Origin: an uncultured Gemmatimonadales bacterium
Lineage (GTDB): Bacteria; Gemmatimonadota; Gemmatimonadetes; Longimicrobiales; RSA9
Assembly: GCA_963798845.1 (NCBI GenBank)
Contig: CAWCUS010000002.1
Location: 480,001-544,000, forward strand
Direction: 5' to 3'
DNA length: 64,000 nucleotides
A program made the position numbers and the translations under genes. The notes below the pieces were generated by a model. That model made no database searches. It was given only the letters and a program-made list of their open reading frames with translations, and had not been told where the DNA came from. Positions 43,208 through 52,670 of the stretch are shown here, one piece after another (position 1 is the first letter of the stretch; the number at the start of each line of letters is the position of its first letter).

Positions 43208-43261
43208 TTGACACCCACAAGATATGGTGGCATACTTGAATCCCCGCACAACATGTGGGGC
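43208..43261 (+). promoter_or_regulatory. Sigma70 promoter with two tandem NrdR boxes
   Basis: TTGACA(43208)-N17-CATACT(43231); boxes CCACAAGATATGGTGG (43215) and GCACAACATGTGGGGC (43246), 31 bp apart, upstream of the RNR gene. Confidence 0.85.
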
Positions 43262-43385
43262 ATTCCGGTGCCGAGAAGCCGCGGCGCCGCACCCTGCACG
43301 AGGCCGCCGGCCGGCGCCCGGCTGCTCTTCTGGATAGAACAGAGTTTTCCACTTGCCCGCACGCATCATTGCCAGAGGGACCATC

Positions 43386-45953
43386 ATGACGCCGCAGCCC
43401 GAGAATGCTCCGAATCCCGCCGATGTCCTGCCCGAGGACCTGCCGCCGGCGGAGCTGAGCGAGAACGCCCGAATCATCATGGGCAAGCGCTACCTCAAGA
43501 AGAACGAGGAAGGCGAGCCGATCGAAGCGCCGGAGCAGATGTTCTGGCGGGTGGCGCGGACGGTGGCGGAGGCGGACCGTGCGTACGGCGCGAGCGATGG
43601 TGCGATCGACGCGCTCGCGCGGGAGTTCTACAGGCTGATGACGAGGCGGCTGTTCGAGCCGAACTCGCCGACGCTGATGAACGCGGGGCGACCGCTGGGG
43701 CAGCTGAGCGCGTGCTTCGTGCTGCCGGTGGAGGATTCGCTGTCGAACGGGAAGAACGGGATCTACGACACGCTGCGTGCGATGGCGCTGGTGCACCAGA
43801 GCGGGGGCGGGACGGGGTTCGCGTTCAGCCGGCTGCGTCCGAAGAACGACGTGGTCAAGTCGACCATGGGGGTGGCGAGCGGGCCGGTGAGCTTCATGAA
43901 GCTGTACGACGGCTCGACGGAGGTGGTGAAGCAGGGCGGGACGCGGCGGGGCGCGAACATGGGGATCCTCCGGGTGGACCATCCGGACATCCGGGAGTTC
44001 ATCACGTGCAAGGCGGACGTGACGAAGGTGACGAACTTCAACATCAGCGTCGCCATCACGGACGCTTTCATGGAGGCGGTGAGGAACGGGGAGCGGTACG
44101 AGCTGAAGACCCCGCGCACGGGGGAGGTGGTGGGGACGGAGGACGCGAACGAGATCTTCGACCTGATCATCCACGGCGCGTGGGCCACGGGTGAGCCGGG
44201 CGTGTTCTTCGTGGATGAGGCGAACCGGTACAACCCGGTTCCGAAGCTGGGCAGCTACGAAGCGACGAACCCGTGCGGGGAGCAGCCGCTGCTGGCGTAC
44301 GACGTGTGCAACCTGGGGAGCGTGAACGTGGGGGTGTTCGCCCGCACGGACGCCGCGGCGGGCGCGGGCATCGATGATCGGATCGACTGGGAGGCGTTCC
44401 GCAACACGGTGCACCTGGCGACGCATTTCCTGGACAACGTGATCGACGCGAACAACTATCCGCTTCCGGAGATCGAGGCGCTGGCCGGGAAGATCCGCCG
44501 CATCGGGCTCGGCATCATGGGGTGGGCCGACCTGCTCATCCGCGTGGGCGTCCCCTACGACAGCGACGAGGCGATCGCGCTCGCCCGCAGGGTCATGGGC
44601 TTCGTGGACGACGAGGCGAAGAGCGCGTCGGAGAAGCTGGCCGAGGTCCGCGGCACGTTCCCGGCCTGGAAGCACAGCATCTGGGGCCCGGACCGTACCG
44701 CGGCCAGGGTGGACGGGGAGCGCGTCCGTCCGATGCGGAAGCTGCGCAACTCGAACATCACCACCGTCGCGCCCACGGGGACCATCTCCATCTTCGCCGA
44801 CTGCTCCGGCGGGATCGAGCCGCTGTTCGCGGTCGCCTTCATGCGCAACCAGGCGGGCGCGCTCATGCCGGACGTGAACGGGGACTTCGTCCGCATGGCG
44901 AGGAAGGACGGGTGGTACAGCGACGGGCTGATGGAGCGCATCGCCGGGGAGGGGCACATCCACTTCGACGACGTCCCGGCCGACGTCCAGCGCCTGTTCG
45001 TGACGTCCCACGACGTCACGCCGGACTGGCACATCCGCATGCAGGCGGCCTTCCAGGAGCACACGGACAGCGCCATCAGCAAGACCTGCAACTTCCCGCA
45101 GCAGGCCGGCGAGGAGGACGTGCGGGAGATCTACCTGAAGGCGCACGCGCTGCACTGCAAGGGGGTCACCGTGTACCGGGACGGATCCCGCCCCATGCAG
45201 GTGCTGAGCACGGGCAAGACCGGGAAGGAGGCCGCGGCCGGTGCTCCGGGCGCCGCGACGTCGCCCAAGACGGCGGACCTCGAGGCCGCCCTCGCCGACA
45301 CGCGCGAGGAGAACCACCGGCTCACGCACGAGAAGGCGGGGGTGGAGGAGCGCCTCCGCGAGCTGGAGATCAAGCAGCAGAAGCGGCTGCGCAAGCGCAA
45401 GCGACCCGACGTGCTCACGGGCACCACGCGCAAGATGCGCAGCCCGCTCGGCGACATGTACGTCACCGTGAACGAGGACGAGGAAGGCCGGCCGTTCGAG
45501 GTCTTCACGACGCTCGGCAAGGCCGGCGGCGCCGCGATGGCCGACGCCGAGGCCATCGGCCGGCTCATCTCCCTGGCCCTGCGCAGCGGCATCCCGCTCC
45601 TGGACATCATCGGCCAGCTGCGCGGCATCTCCTGCGACCGCGCGGTCGGCATCGGCCCCAACAAGGTGCTCAGCGTCCCCGACGCCATCGGCCAGGTGCT
45701 CCAGGCGCACATGATGGAGAAGGAAGGAATCCAGGAGGAGCTCCCGATCGGAAGCCACGGCGCTCGCAAGAACCCCGTGGTCGCCCCCAGGGTGGCGCCG
45801 CCGGCGGCTGCGCAGACCCAGGTCCAGGCCAACCTGGACTACTACGACCCGGGCGACTCCTTTCTCGGCACCTGCCCCGAGTGCAGCAGTGATCTGCAGT
45901 TCGCAGAAGGGTGCGTGAAGTGCCTGAGCTGCGGCTACTCGGAGTGCGGGTGA
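43386..45953 (+). CDS. nrdJ: Adenosylcobalamin-dependent (class II) ribonucleotide reductase
   Basis: PNSPTLMNAG, LSACFV, TNPCGEQPL, APTGTISI, KGVTVYRDG, TSCPD-like region and C-terminal CPEC...CLSCGYSECG. Confidence 0.95.
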   Translation: MTPQPENAPNPADVLPEDLPPAELSENARIIMGKRYLKKNEEGEPIEAPEQMFWRVARTVAEADRAYGASDGAIDALAREFYRLMTRRLFEPNSPTLMNAGRPLGQLSACFVLPVEDSLSNGKNGIYDTLRAMALVHQSGGGTGFAFSRLRPKNDVVKSTMGVASGPVSFMKLYDGSTEVVKQGGTRRGANMGILRVDHPDIREFITCKADVTKVTNFNISVAITDAFMEAVRNGERYELKTPRTGEVVGTEDANEIFDLIIHGAWATGEPGVFFVDEANRYNPVPKLGSYEATNPCGEQPLLAYDVCNLGSVNVGVFARTDAAAGAGIDDRIDWEAFRNTVHLATHFLDNVIDANNYPLPEIEALAGKIRRIGLGIMGWADLLIRVGVPYDSDEAIALARRVMGFVDDEAKSASEKLAEVRGTFPAWKHSIWGPDRTAARVDGERVRPMRKLRNSNITTVAPTGTISIFADCSGGIEPLFAVAFMRNQAGALMPDVNGDFVRMARKDGWYSDGLMERIAGEGHIHFDDVPADVQRLFVTSHDVTPDWHIRMQAAFQEHTDSAISKTCNFPQQAGEEDVREIYLKAHALHCKGVTVYRDGSRPMQVLSTGKTGKEAAAGAPGAATSPKTADLEAALADTREENHRLTHEKAGVEERLRELEIKQQKRLRKRKRPDVLTGTTRKMRSPLGDMYVTVNEDEEGRPFEVFTTLGKAGGAAMADAEAIGRLISLALRSGIPLLDIIGQLRGISCDRAVGIGPNKVLSVPDAIGQVLQAHMMEKEGIQEELPIGSHGARKNPVVAPRVAPPAAAQTQVQANLDYYDPGDSFLGTCPECSSDLQFAEGCVKCLSCGYSECG

Positions 45954-46009
45954 CGGGCGCGGCCTGACGCAGGGCCGGCGGCCCGACGACGACGCCGGGT
46001 GCAGCGACG

Positions 46010-46360
46010 ATGCTGCCGCGGCGTCGCGGCCTGCCGGCTGGACGCAGCCTCGGGTGCGGTGCTCCCATGCGAAGGCGGACGGCTCCGGGACCCCTTCAAT
46101 CCGGCGACGGCGCGGCCGGTCCCCGTGATCGCGTTCCACGCACCGCCGATCCGCGAGTCCCGTACGAAGGCGGACGGCTCCGGGACCCCTTCAATCCGGC
46201 GAAGCCGGTGTTCCCGGCCGTCCGCGACTTCGTGGCAGGGTGGGCGGAGAGGAACGGGTGTGCGGCGGACCCGGACACCGTGGGTGGGGCGGACCACCCA
46301 CGGCATCGACGCAACGCGGGAGATGTGGAGGTTCTTCTCGGCGCACCCCCGGGAGTCGCC
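46010..46360 (+). pseudogene. Remnant of an LpqC/PHB-depolymerase-type esterase
   Basis: Fragments PVPVIAFH / TADPRVPYEGG / WAERNGC / IDATREMWRFFSAHP spread over different frames. Confidence 0.6.
46070..46202 (+). repeat. 38-bp exact direct repeat (46070-46107 and 46165-46202)
   Basis: CGAAGGCGGACGGCTCCGGGACCCCTTCAATCCGGCGA occurs twice. Confidence 0.9.
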
Positions 46361-46380
46361 CCGGGAGTCGCCCCGGGAGG

Positions 46381-47481
46381 TCACCCGTCGGGCAGCAGCA
46401 GCGCGGGCAGCCCGCCGAACTGGAAGCTGATACCGCCCACGGCGAGGAGCGGCGAGCGGGTCTCTCCGGCCCGCTCGTTGTCCTGGCCGAACGACGCGTA
46501 CAGGTGCGTCATCCCGCTCAGCCGGTAATCGACCTGGCCGACGAGCCGGCCGCTGGAGCGGAAGCGGGTGGAGGCGGAAGCGGTCCCGGATCTCGCGTCG
46601 AGCGCCACGCGGCGCACGCCTTCGATGGAGAGGACGAGCCGGTCGGTGTCCCACAGCCAGCGTCCGCCCACGTCCAGCACACTCTGGTCCGCGGCGCGGG
46701 TGTTGTTGATGAAGCGGCCGAGCGCCAGGACCTGGAACTGCGGGTTCTCGAGCCGGTAGCCGAGGGTGGTCCAGGCCGCCCACGCGGCGTTGCGGCCGGA
46801 CCCGAACGCGGCGGTCGGGAACGTCCACGTGGCGGCGAGCGCCACGTCGACGCTCCACCCCACCGGCTCCTGGTGGCGCTGGAGCTCGTCCACCCACGCC
46901 CGCGCCGAGTCGGCCAGCCGGTCGATCTCCCCGCCCAGGGAGTCCGCCTGCGACGGGCGCTCCTGCCGCTCCGCCCTCCGCCGCTCCGCGCTCAGGTGCG
47001 TCATCGTGCGCTGGATGGCGCGCAGCCCGGCGCGCGCGGCTTCCGCCCCGCTGCTCTCGTGACCCACCACCGGCTGAAAGCGGAGGCCCAGCCCCAGGTC
47101 GGACGCGTCCGACGCGGCGTCCGGCGGCGACGTGGCCACCGAGAGCGCCAGCGTGCGGAGGCTGGAGGCCACCACGCCCGCGTCGTAGTAGTCCCGGTAG
47201 CCCAGCAGCGGGTGCGGCCGCAGCCAGTAGGGCGCGACTTCCAGCGCCCACGCATCCGGCGGCACCGACAGTCCCTGCGCCGCCGACAGGAGCGAGGCCG
47301 CGAACGCCCGCGGCGTGGACGGGCGCTCCACCGCGACCGGGGTGATCCCCATGAGCGCGAACGCCGGCGACAGCGGCGTCCGCAGCGTCACGAGCGAGTC
47401 CACCGACGGCACGCTCTGCCCGCGCAGGGCCCCCGCCAACAGCAGCAGCGCGATGGCGGCGAGCGGGCTCCGCATCCTCAT
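46381..47481 (-). CDS. Hypothetical exported protein, probable beta-barrel C-terminus
   Basis: Signal peptide; central coiled coil; terminal amphipathic strands (VGGISFQF). Confidence 0.7.
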   Translation of the reverse strand: MRMRSPLAAIALLLLAGALRGQSVPSVDSLVTLRTPLSPAFALMGITPVAVERPSTPRAFAASLLSAAQGLSVPPDAWALEVAPYWLRPHPLLGYRDYYDAGVVASSLRTLALSVATSPPDAASDASDLGLGLRFQPVVGHESSGAEAARAGLRAIQRTMTHLSAERRRAERQERPSQADSLGGEIDRLADSARAWVDELQRHQEPVGWSVDVALAATWTFPTAAFGSGRNAAWAAWTTLGYRLENPQFQVLALGRFINNTRAADQSVLDVGGRWLWDTDRLVLSIEGVRRVALDARSGTASASTRFRSSGRLVGQVDYRLSGMTHLYASFGQDNERAGETRSPLLAVGGISFQFGGLPALLLPDG

Positions 47482-47900
47482 GATCCACCCCCGCCGTCCG
47501 TGGCTCCGGCGCCGGCACCCTGGCCGCCGCTGGCTTCCGTGCCGTCGGTGAACCGGATCGTGCCCTCATAGATCAGCGTGTCGCCGAGCGCCGACAGCTG
47601 GCGCGCGCCCGGATACTGCTGCGTCCGCCCCGCCTGCGTCATGATGATGGTGACGGCCGTGCGCGTGGTGGCCGGGTTCGTGACCGTGACGGTGGTGTCG
47701 GTGTAGAGGGTGCGGCCGCGCAGGTCGCCCGGGTCGCCGACCGGGTGCTCTTCGATCCTCTCTCCCTCGACCACGTCGGTGTCGTCGAAGCTCACGAGGG
47801 AGTACCCCTGCTGCATCTCGCCCACGACCACGGACACGCGGACCTCGCCGGCGGCGAGCTGGAACTCGCCTTCGATCGGCACACGCGGTACTCCGTTCAT
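47478..47900 (-). CDS. Hypothetical beta-rich protein
   Basis: GGAGG RBS; stop overlaps the next start. Confidence 0.7.
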   Translation of the reverse strand: MNGVPRVPIEGEFQLAAGEVRVSVVVGEMQQGYSLVSFDDTDVVEGERIEEHPVGDPGDLRGRTLYTDTTVTVTNPATTRTAVTIIMTQAGRTQQYPGARQLSALGDTLIYEGTIRFTDGTEASGGQGAGAGATDGGGGS

Positions 47901-47913
47901 CGACCGCCTCCGT

Positions 47914-48840
47914 TCAGCTGAGGGTCAGCTTCTGGTCCGTGGCCGCGCCGGCGGCCACGGTGGCCGAAACCTGCGCCCTCCTTTCCGCGGCGCCGATCCT
48001 CCCGATCACCTCCAGCACGTGGAGGCCCGGCGGCAGGTCCCGGAGGGTGGCCATCTGACCGGCCTGGTGGACGACCACTCCGTCGTCCACCGTGACGTCC
48101 CAGCCGGCGTCGCACTGATCGCCGTTGGTCACGGTCAGGTTCACGGCCCCCGGCTGCGCGGCGGCCCGCCGGGCGTCGGCTTCCGACGCGCGGGCGCGCA
48201 GGGCGTCGTTGATCTGCGTGATGCTGCGGCGGAACTCCTCCACCCACGCGGACGTCTCGTCCTCGACAATGGCGTTGACCGCGGTGGCGAACGCCCTCGC
48301 CCGCGCGAGCATCGCCTGCACTTCGTCCGGCGTCGGCGCCCGCCCTCCTCTCAGGGCTCGCTCCCCCTCCCATTCCAGCTCGAAGTTCTCGAGCGTGGTC
48401 CGGATCCTGTGCTCGCTCTGGATGTAGCGGATCCAGCCGCTCGAGGCGCCGTAGAACCGGTCGAAGCCCAGCGCGCCGGCCCCCACGGCCACCAGGATCG
48501 ACACCCAGATCGCCGGCACGTGGGGCGCGCCGCCCCCCATCTGGGCGACGACGACCTCGACCAGGGGCAGGATTCCCGCCGCGCCCAGCAGGAAGACGGC
48601 GAGGAACCGGGTGGCGACCGCGAGCCGCCGCTTCGGCACCCGCGCCCGCCTGTACCACCGGATCGCCTCCAGCGCGTCGCTCTGCACGTGCCCGTAGACC
48701 GCGGCGAGCGAAGCCTCGCAGTCCTCGGGCGCCCAGGAGAGCCCTTCGAGACCCGGTGCCCGGATGTCGCCCCGCTGCCGGCGCCGCGGCGGAGTCGTGG
48801 TCTTCGCGCTCGCCGCGGCGGAGATGTCGTCGTTGCTCAT
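47914..48840 (-). CDS. SLATT-domain (SLATT_2-like) 2TM protein with a C-terminal beta domain
   Basis: AIRWY...KRR, two TM helices, GFDRFYGASSGWIRY motif, ETSAWVEEF. Confidence 0.78.
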   Translation of the reverse strand: MSNDDISAAASAKTTTPPRRRQRGDIRAPGLEGLSWAPEDCEASLAAVYGHVQSDALEAIRWYRRARVPKRRLAVATRFLAVFLLGAAGILPLVEVVVAQMGGGAPHVPAIWVSILVAVGAGALGFDRFYGASSGWIRYIQSEHRIRTTLENFELEWEGERALRGGRAPTPDEVQAMLARARAFATAVNAIVEDETSAWVEEFRRSITQINDALRARASEADARRAAAQPGAVNLTVTNGDQCDAGWDVTVDDGVVVHQAGQMATLRDLPPGLHVLEVIGRIGAAERRAQVSATVAAGAATDQKLTLS

Positions 48841-48932
48841 GAGAACGGCCTCACGGGACGTGAGGGTGGAAGCACGAGTCCCGAAGCCGGCGGCCCCGGC
48901 AAGGCCAGGGCGGCGGATTCGGGAGCGGAGGT

Positions 48933-50627
48933 GTGAAGCTCGCAGCGGCGCCAGCCGACGCGGCGCAGGAAAGTATTGCATCCCGGCCCGGCGGAGGTCC
49001 AGAGTCTCGGTCCCGGGTCTGCTTCCGCCCCGCCGACCCGGCTCCACGGCAGGGCGGAGGCGGGGCCCGCTCTGCCGGGGCGCCGGTCCGGGATGGCCCC
49101 GGTCCTGCATGCGCGCCGCCCGAGACGGCGCCGCTCCTGCATCCGCGCCGCCCCGCGCTGGCGCAGCCCTCCTTCCGAGAGGCCTCCCTGAAGCGATTCC
49201 CGAACCCCCTCGTCCTCCTTTTCATCGGCGTGGTCCTGGCCGCGGCCATGACCTGGGTGCTGCCGGCCGGCCGCTACGACCGCCAGGCGGATCCCGCCAC
49301 CGGACGCCAGGTCGTCGTGAGCGGCAGCTACCACGCAGTCGCGCCCGATCCGGTGGGGCCGTTCGAGACCATCGTCGCCCTCCCGCGCGGGATGGAGGCG
49401 GCCGGCGACGTCATCTTCCTCGTGTTCCTGGTGGGCGGCGCGTTCACCGTGATCGACCGGACGGGCGCGTTCCATGGCGGGTTCGACCGGCTGGTGCGTG
49501 TGCTGGGCCGGCACGAGCTGCTGGTCATCCCCATCGCGTGCTACGTTTTCGGCGCGGCGGGCGCGCTCGAGAACATGCAGGAGGAGTTCATCGCGCTGGT
49601 GCCGGTGCTGCTGCTCCTCACCTCCCGGCTCGGCTTCGACACCGTCGTGGCCGTGGCCATCTCCCTGGGCGCCGCGTCCGTCGGCGCCGCCTTCAGCCCC
49701 ATCAACCCGTTCCAGGTCGGGATCGCACAGAAGATCGCGGGCGTCCCGCTGCTCGACCACGCCGCTTTCCGCTCCGCGTTCCTCCTGGTCGCGCTCGCGC
49801 TGTGGAGCTGGGGCACTGCCCGCTACGCACGTCGGACCAGAACCGCCCCGGGCGTCCCGCCCTCCGGGCCCCTCGAGGAAGACGAAGCAGCTTCGCGCGC
49901 TCCGGGCCGGCAGCTCCGCGAGGAGCCCGGTCACGTTCCCGGCGCGGCGGCGTCCACGCCCGGCGTCGCCCCGCACGAGGTCCGGATGACGGGGGCGCAC
50001 GCGCTGATCCTGGCGCTGGCCGTGCTCGCGTTCGGCATCTACGTCGTCGGCGTGATGCGGCTCGACTGGGGCTTCAACGAGATGTCCGCGCTCTTCCTCC
50101 TGCTCGGCGTGGTCGCCGGGCTCGTGGGCCGGCTCGGCGTCAGCGGCACCGCCGAAGCGTTCATCGAAGGCTTCCGGGCCATGGCCTTCGCCGCCATCCT
50201 CATCGGCTTCGCCCGCGCCATCTTCGTCGTGCTCGACGACGGCCGCGTGATCGACACCATCGTCCACGGCCTCTTCCAGCCCATCCAGGGACTCCCGCCC
50301 GCCCTCGCCGCCATCGGCATGGTCGCCGTCCACACCGCCGTCCACGTCCCCGTCCCCAGCGTGAGCGGCCAGGCCGTCCTCACCATGCCCATCCTCGCCC
50401 CCCTCGCCGACCTGCTCGGCCTCTCCCGCGACGTCGCCATCCTCGCCTTCCAGTACGGCGCCGGCATGTGCGAGATCCTCACCCCCACCAACGGCGCCCT
50501 CATGGCCGTCCTCGCGGCGGCGGGCGTGCGCTACGAGCGCTGGCTCGCCTTCGCGCTCCGGATGTGGGCCATGCTCGTGGCGCTCGGGATCGCGTCCATC
50601 CTGGTCGGGATCTGGATCGGGATGTAG
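48933..50627 (+). CDS. YfcC/DcuC-like transporter (true start probably about 49190)
   Basis: FPNPLVLL, TWVLPAGRYDR, PINPFQVGIAQ, VPSVSGQAVLTMPILAPL, PTNG. Confidence 0.88.
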   Translation: MKLAAAPADAAQESIASRPGGGPESRSRVCFRPADPAPRQGGGGARSAGAPVRDGPGPACAPPETAPLLHPRRPALAQPSFREASLKRFPNPLVLLFIGVVLAAAMTWVLPAGRYDRQADPATGRQVVVSGSYHAVAPDPVGPFETIVALPRGMEAAGDVIFLVFLVGGAFTVIDRTGAFHGGFDRLVRVLGRHELLVIPIACYVFGAAGALENMQEEFIALVPVLLLLTSRLGFDTVVAVAISLGAASVGAAFSPINPFQVGIAQKIAGVPLLDHAAFRSAFLLVALALWSWGTARYARRTRTAPGVPPSGPLEEDEAASRAPGRQLREEPGHVPGAAASTPGVAPHEVRMTGAHALILALAVLAFGIYVVGVMRLDWGFNEMSALFLLLGVVAGLVGRLGVSGTAEAFIEGFRAMAFAAILIGFARAIFVVLDDGRVIDTIVHGLFQPIQGLPPALAAIGMVAVHTAVHVPVPSVSGQAVLTMPILAPLADLLGLSRDVAILAFQYGAGMCEILTPTNGALMAVLAAAGVRYERWLAFALRMWAMLVALGIASILVGIWIGM

Positions 50628-50703
50628 GGGCGGCAACCGGCGACTTCGTATGTCGGCCCATCCCGGCATGGCCATGCCCGGGCCTCCGACTCAGAGTTGC
50701 CCC

Positions 50704-51783
50704 ATGACGGACGCCGTGCGGGTCACGGACGCGGCAACGCGGATCGAAGTCCGGTTCCCCTACGACGCGGAGCTGGTCGGCCACATCCGCTCGATACCGG
50801 GCCGGCGCTGGGACCCGGGCCGATCGGCGTGGCTGCTCCCGCGCACCGAGGACGCCCTCAACGCGCTGCTCCGGGCGCCCGACGCGAGCTTCCGCGTCGA
50901 CCGCGGTCTCATGCACCTGGTCCGCGTCCCGTTCCGCCGGGGCAGCGGAACCGATCCGGCGGCGGCGCTCCTCCAGCGCCTCTCGGAAGAGCTCCGGCTC
51001 CAGGGATACAGTCCGCGCACGCGGAAGAACTACGTCGGCCACGTCCGTCGGTTCTTCGGAGCTTTCCCGAAGGCCGCGACCGAGCTGTCGACGGAGCACG
51101 TCCGCGCTCACCTGCTCCGCCTCCAGGCCGACGACCGCTCCGTCTCCTACCAGCACCAGGCGATCAGCGCCATCCAGTTCGCGGCCCGGCTCGTCGATCG
51201 GCCGCTCGCGCTGGAGCCGATCCGCCGCCCGAAGCGGGAGCGCCAGCTCCCCGCCGTTCTCTCACGCGAGGAAGTGCGCCGCATCCTCAATGCCCCCGCC
51301 AACCCGACCCACCGGCTGGCCCTGATGCTCGCGTACTCCGCCGGACTCCGCGTCGGCGAGGTCGTACGCCTCAGCGCCGGCGACGTGGATTCCGGGCGAG
51401 GGCTGATCCGGGTCCGCGCCGGGAAGGGAAGGAAGGACCGCTATACGCTGCTGGCCGATGCCGCGGCCGCCGCCCTCGACCCCGTCCTCGCCCGCCTCGA
51501 CGCCGACGCCTGGATCTTCCCCGGTGCCCGCCCCGGCCGCCACCTGACGACACGCTCCGTGCAGAAGACCTTCGAGCGCGCCCTGGTCCGGTCCGGCGTA
51601 CGCAAGCACGCCACCGTGCACACGCTCCGCCACAGCTTCGCCACCCACCTCCTCGAGGCCGGCGTCAACCTCCGCTACATCCAGGAGCTCCTCGGCCACA
51701 CGAGCCCCCGCACCACCCAGATATACACCCACGTCAGCCGCGGCGATCTTACCCGGATCGTGAACCCGCTCGACGCAGCGTGA
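50704..51783 (+). CDS. Integron-type tyrosine recombinase with an N-terminal HARP-like domain, SAM-like domain and no IntI I2 insertion
   Basis: Catalytic R (GLRVGE), K (GKGRKDR), HTLRH, LGH, Y (IYTH); YSPRTRKNY SAM-like region; N-terminal FPYDAELVGHIRSIPGRRWDPGRSAW. Confidence 0.9.
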   Translation: MTDAVRVTDAATRIEVRFPYDAELVGHIRSIPGRRWDPGRSAWLLPRTEDALNALLRAPDASFRVDRGLMHLVRVPFRRGSGTDPAAALLQRLSEELRLQGYSPRTRKNYVGHVRRFFGAFPKAATELSTEHVRAHLLRLQADDRSVSYQHQAISAIQFAARLVDRPLALEPIRRPKRERQLPAVLSREEVRRILNAPANPTHRLALMLAYSAGLRVGEVVRLSAGDVDSGRGLIRVRAGKGRKDRYTLLADAAAAALDPVLARLDADAWIFPGARPGRHLTTRSVQKTFERALVRSGVRKHATVHTLRHSFATHLLEAGVNLRYIQELLGHTSPRTTQIYTHVSRGDLTRIVNPLDAA

Positions 51784-51983
51784 GGGGGAAGCGGCCGTCG
51801 GCCGCTCGAATCAGCCCCGTGCAAACGGCCGTGCTGAGCCCCTGTACAAGGTCATTGCTTCTGAACAAGAATGGCCCCAAATAGAGATGATTCGGGTCAG
51901 GCGGCCGGGGTGGGTGGCTCCGACAATCTGATAAGGACCTTTCCCGAACGACCGGCGCAAACATCCGGCCCGCCGACATCCTA

Positions 51984-52016
51984 CCGAACACGAGTTCGGT
52001 AACGCAGTAGTTAAGT
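51984..52016 (+). other. attI-like primary recombination site, crossover G/TT at 52010/52011
   Basis: CCGAAC-ACGA-GTTCGG then TAAC-GCAGTA-GTTA; GTTAAGTGC (52010) is the exact complement of GCACTTAAC (52186) ending cassette 1; no attC body upstream. Confidence 0.75.
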
Positions 52017-52187
52017 GCCATGCGCGCAACGGATCATTCGGGCGGGTACTGTGCTCGCCAGCGGCTGGTTCAGGAAAGCTCCAGGCCTCGAGCTGAGCTA
52101 AGATTGCCCCGCCCCGCCCGGGGAGGGCTAGGGGGGAGAGGCCCAGCAGCTAGAACGAAAGGGAAGACAGGGCAAGGCGCGCACAGC
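52011..52187 (+). other. Cassette 1 body: gene-less or small-ORF structured cassette (divergent family member)
   Basis: No RBS-led ORF; shares ends and internal motifs with cassettes 2, 4 and 10. Confidence 0.7.
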
Positions 52188-52337
52188 ACTTAACACACGG
52201 TTGCCGCCTCCGCTCGCTTCGCGAGCTCCGGAGTACCCGGCGGATTAGCGAACGGAGTTCGGGAAGTATCCGGACGGGGGAGGGGAAACGAGCAATCGAG
52301 GGGGCGGACGCCGGGTCGCCCACCTGAAACGTTAGCC
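52188..52337 (+). repeat. attC-like site 1
   Basis: ACTTAAC...GGTTGCCG...CGCCCACC...GTTAGCC, 150 bp; L stem has two mismatches. Confidence 0.85.
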
Positions 52338-52502
52338 GCCATGCGCGCGGAGGAGGCTCTTGGGTGTTGCGCCCGAAATCGGCCGAGCAGGAAAGGGAAG
52401 AGCTTCGTTCTGAGGATTGGCTGCCCCACCCCACCCAAGAGGCCCAGATTCGTGAAGGGCTTGGAGCTTTGGTTTGCGAGGGCAGGGCAGGGCGCACACA
52501 GC
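52332..52502 (+). other. Cassette 2 body: gene-less structured cassette, copy A
   Basis: Nearly identical to 53401-53571 and 60537-60707. Confidence 0.85.
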
Positions 52503-52654
52503 GGCTAACAACACGGTTGCCGCCTGCGCTCGCTGCGCTCGCTCCGGAGAACCCGGCGGATTAGCGAACTCGTGTTCGGAAAAGCGGCGGTGGATTGAAG
52601 CTACTGTGCACTCGGATCGCTGGACCGCCGGGTCGGCAACCGGAAACGTTATGC
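52503..52654 (+). repeat. attC-like site 2
   Basis: GGCTAAC...CGGTTGCCG/CGGCAACCG...GTTATGC, 152 bp. Confidence 0.9.
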
Positions 52655-52670
52655 GGCATCCGCTTCAGAG

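Noticed and set aside
50704..51783. Calling the recombinase housekeeping xerC/xerD or canonical intI
   Set aside because: The cassette-array context and extra N-terminal domain argue against Xer; the missing I2 insertion argues against the intI symbol
51784..51983. A Pc cassette promoter or LexA box between the integrase and attI
   Set aside because: No convincing -35/-10 pair or CTGT-N8-ACAG match found by eye
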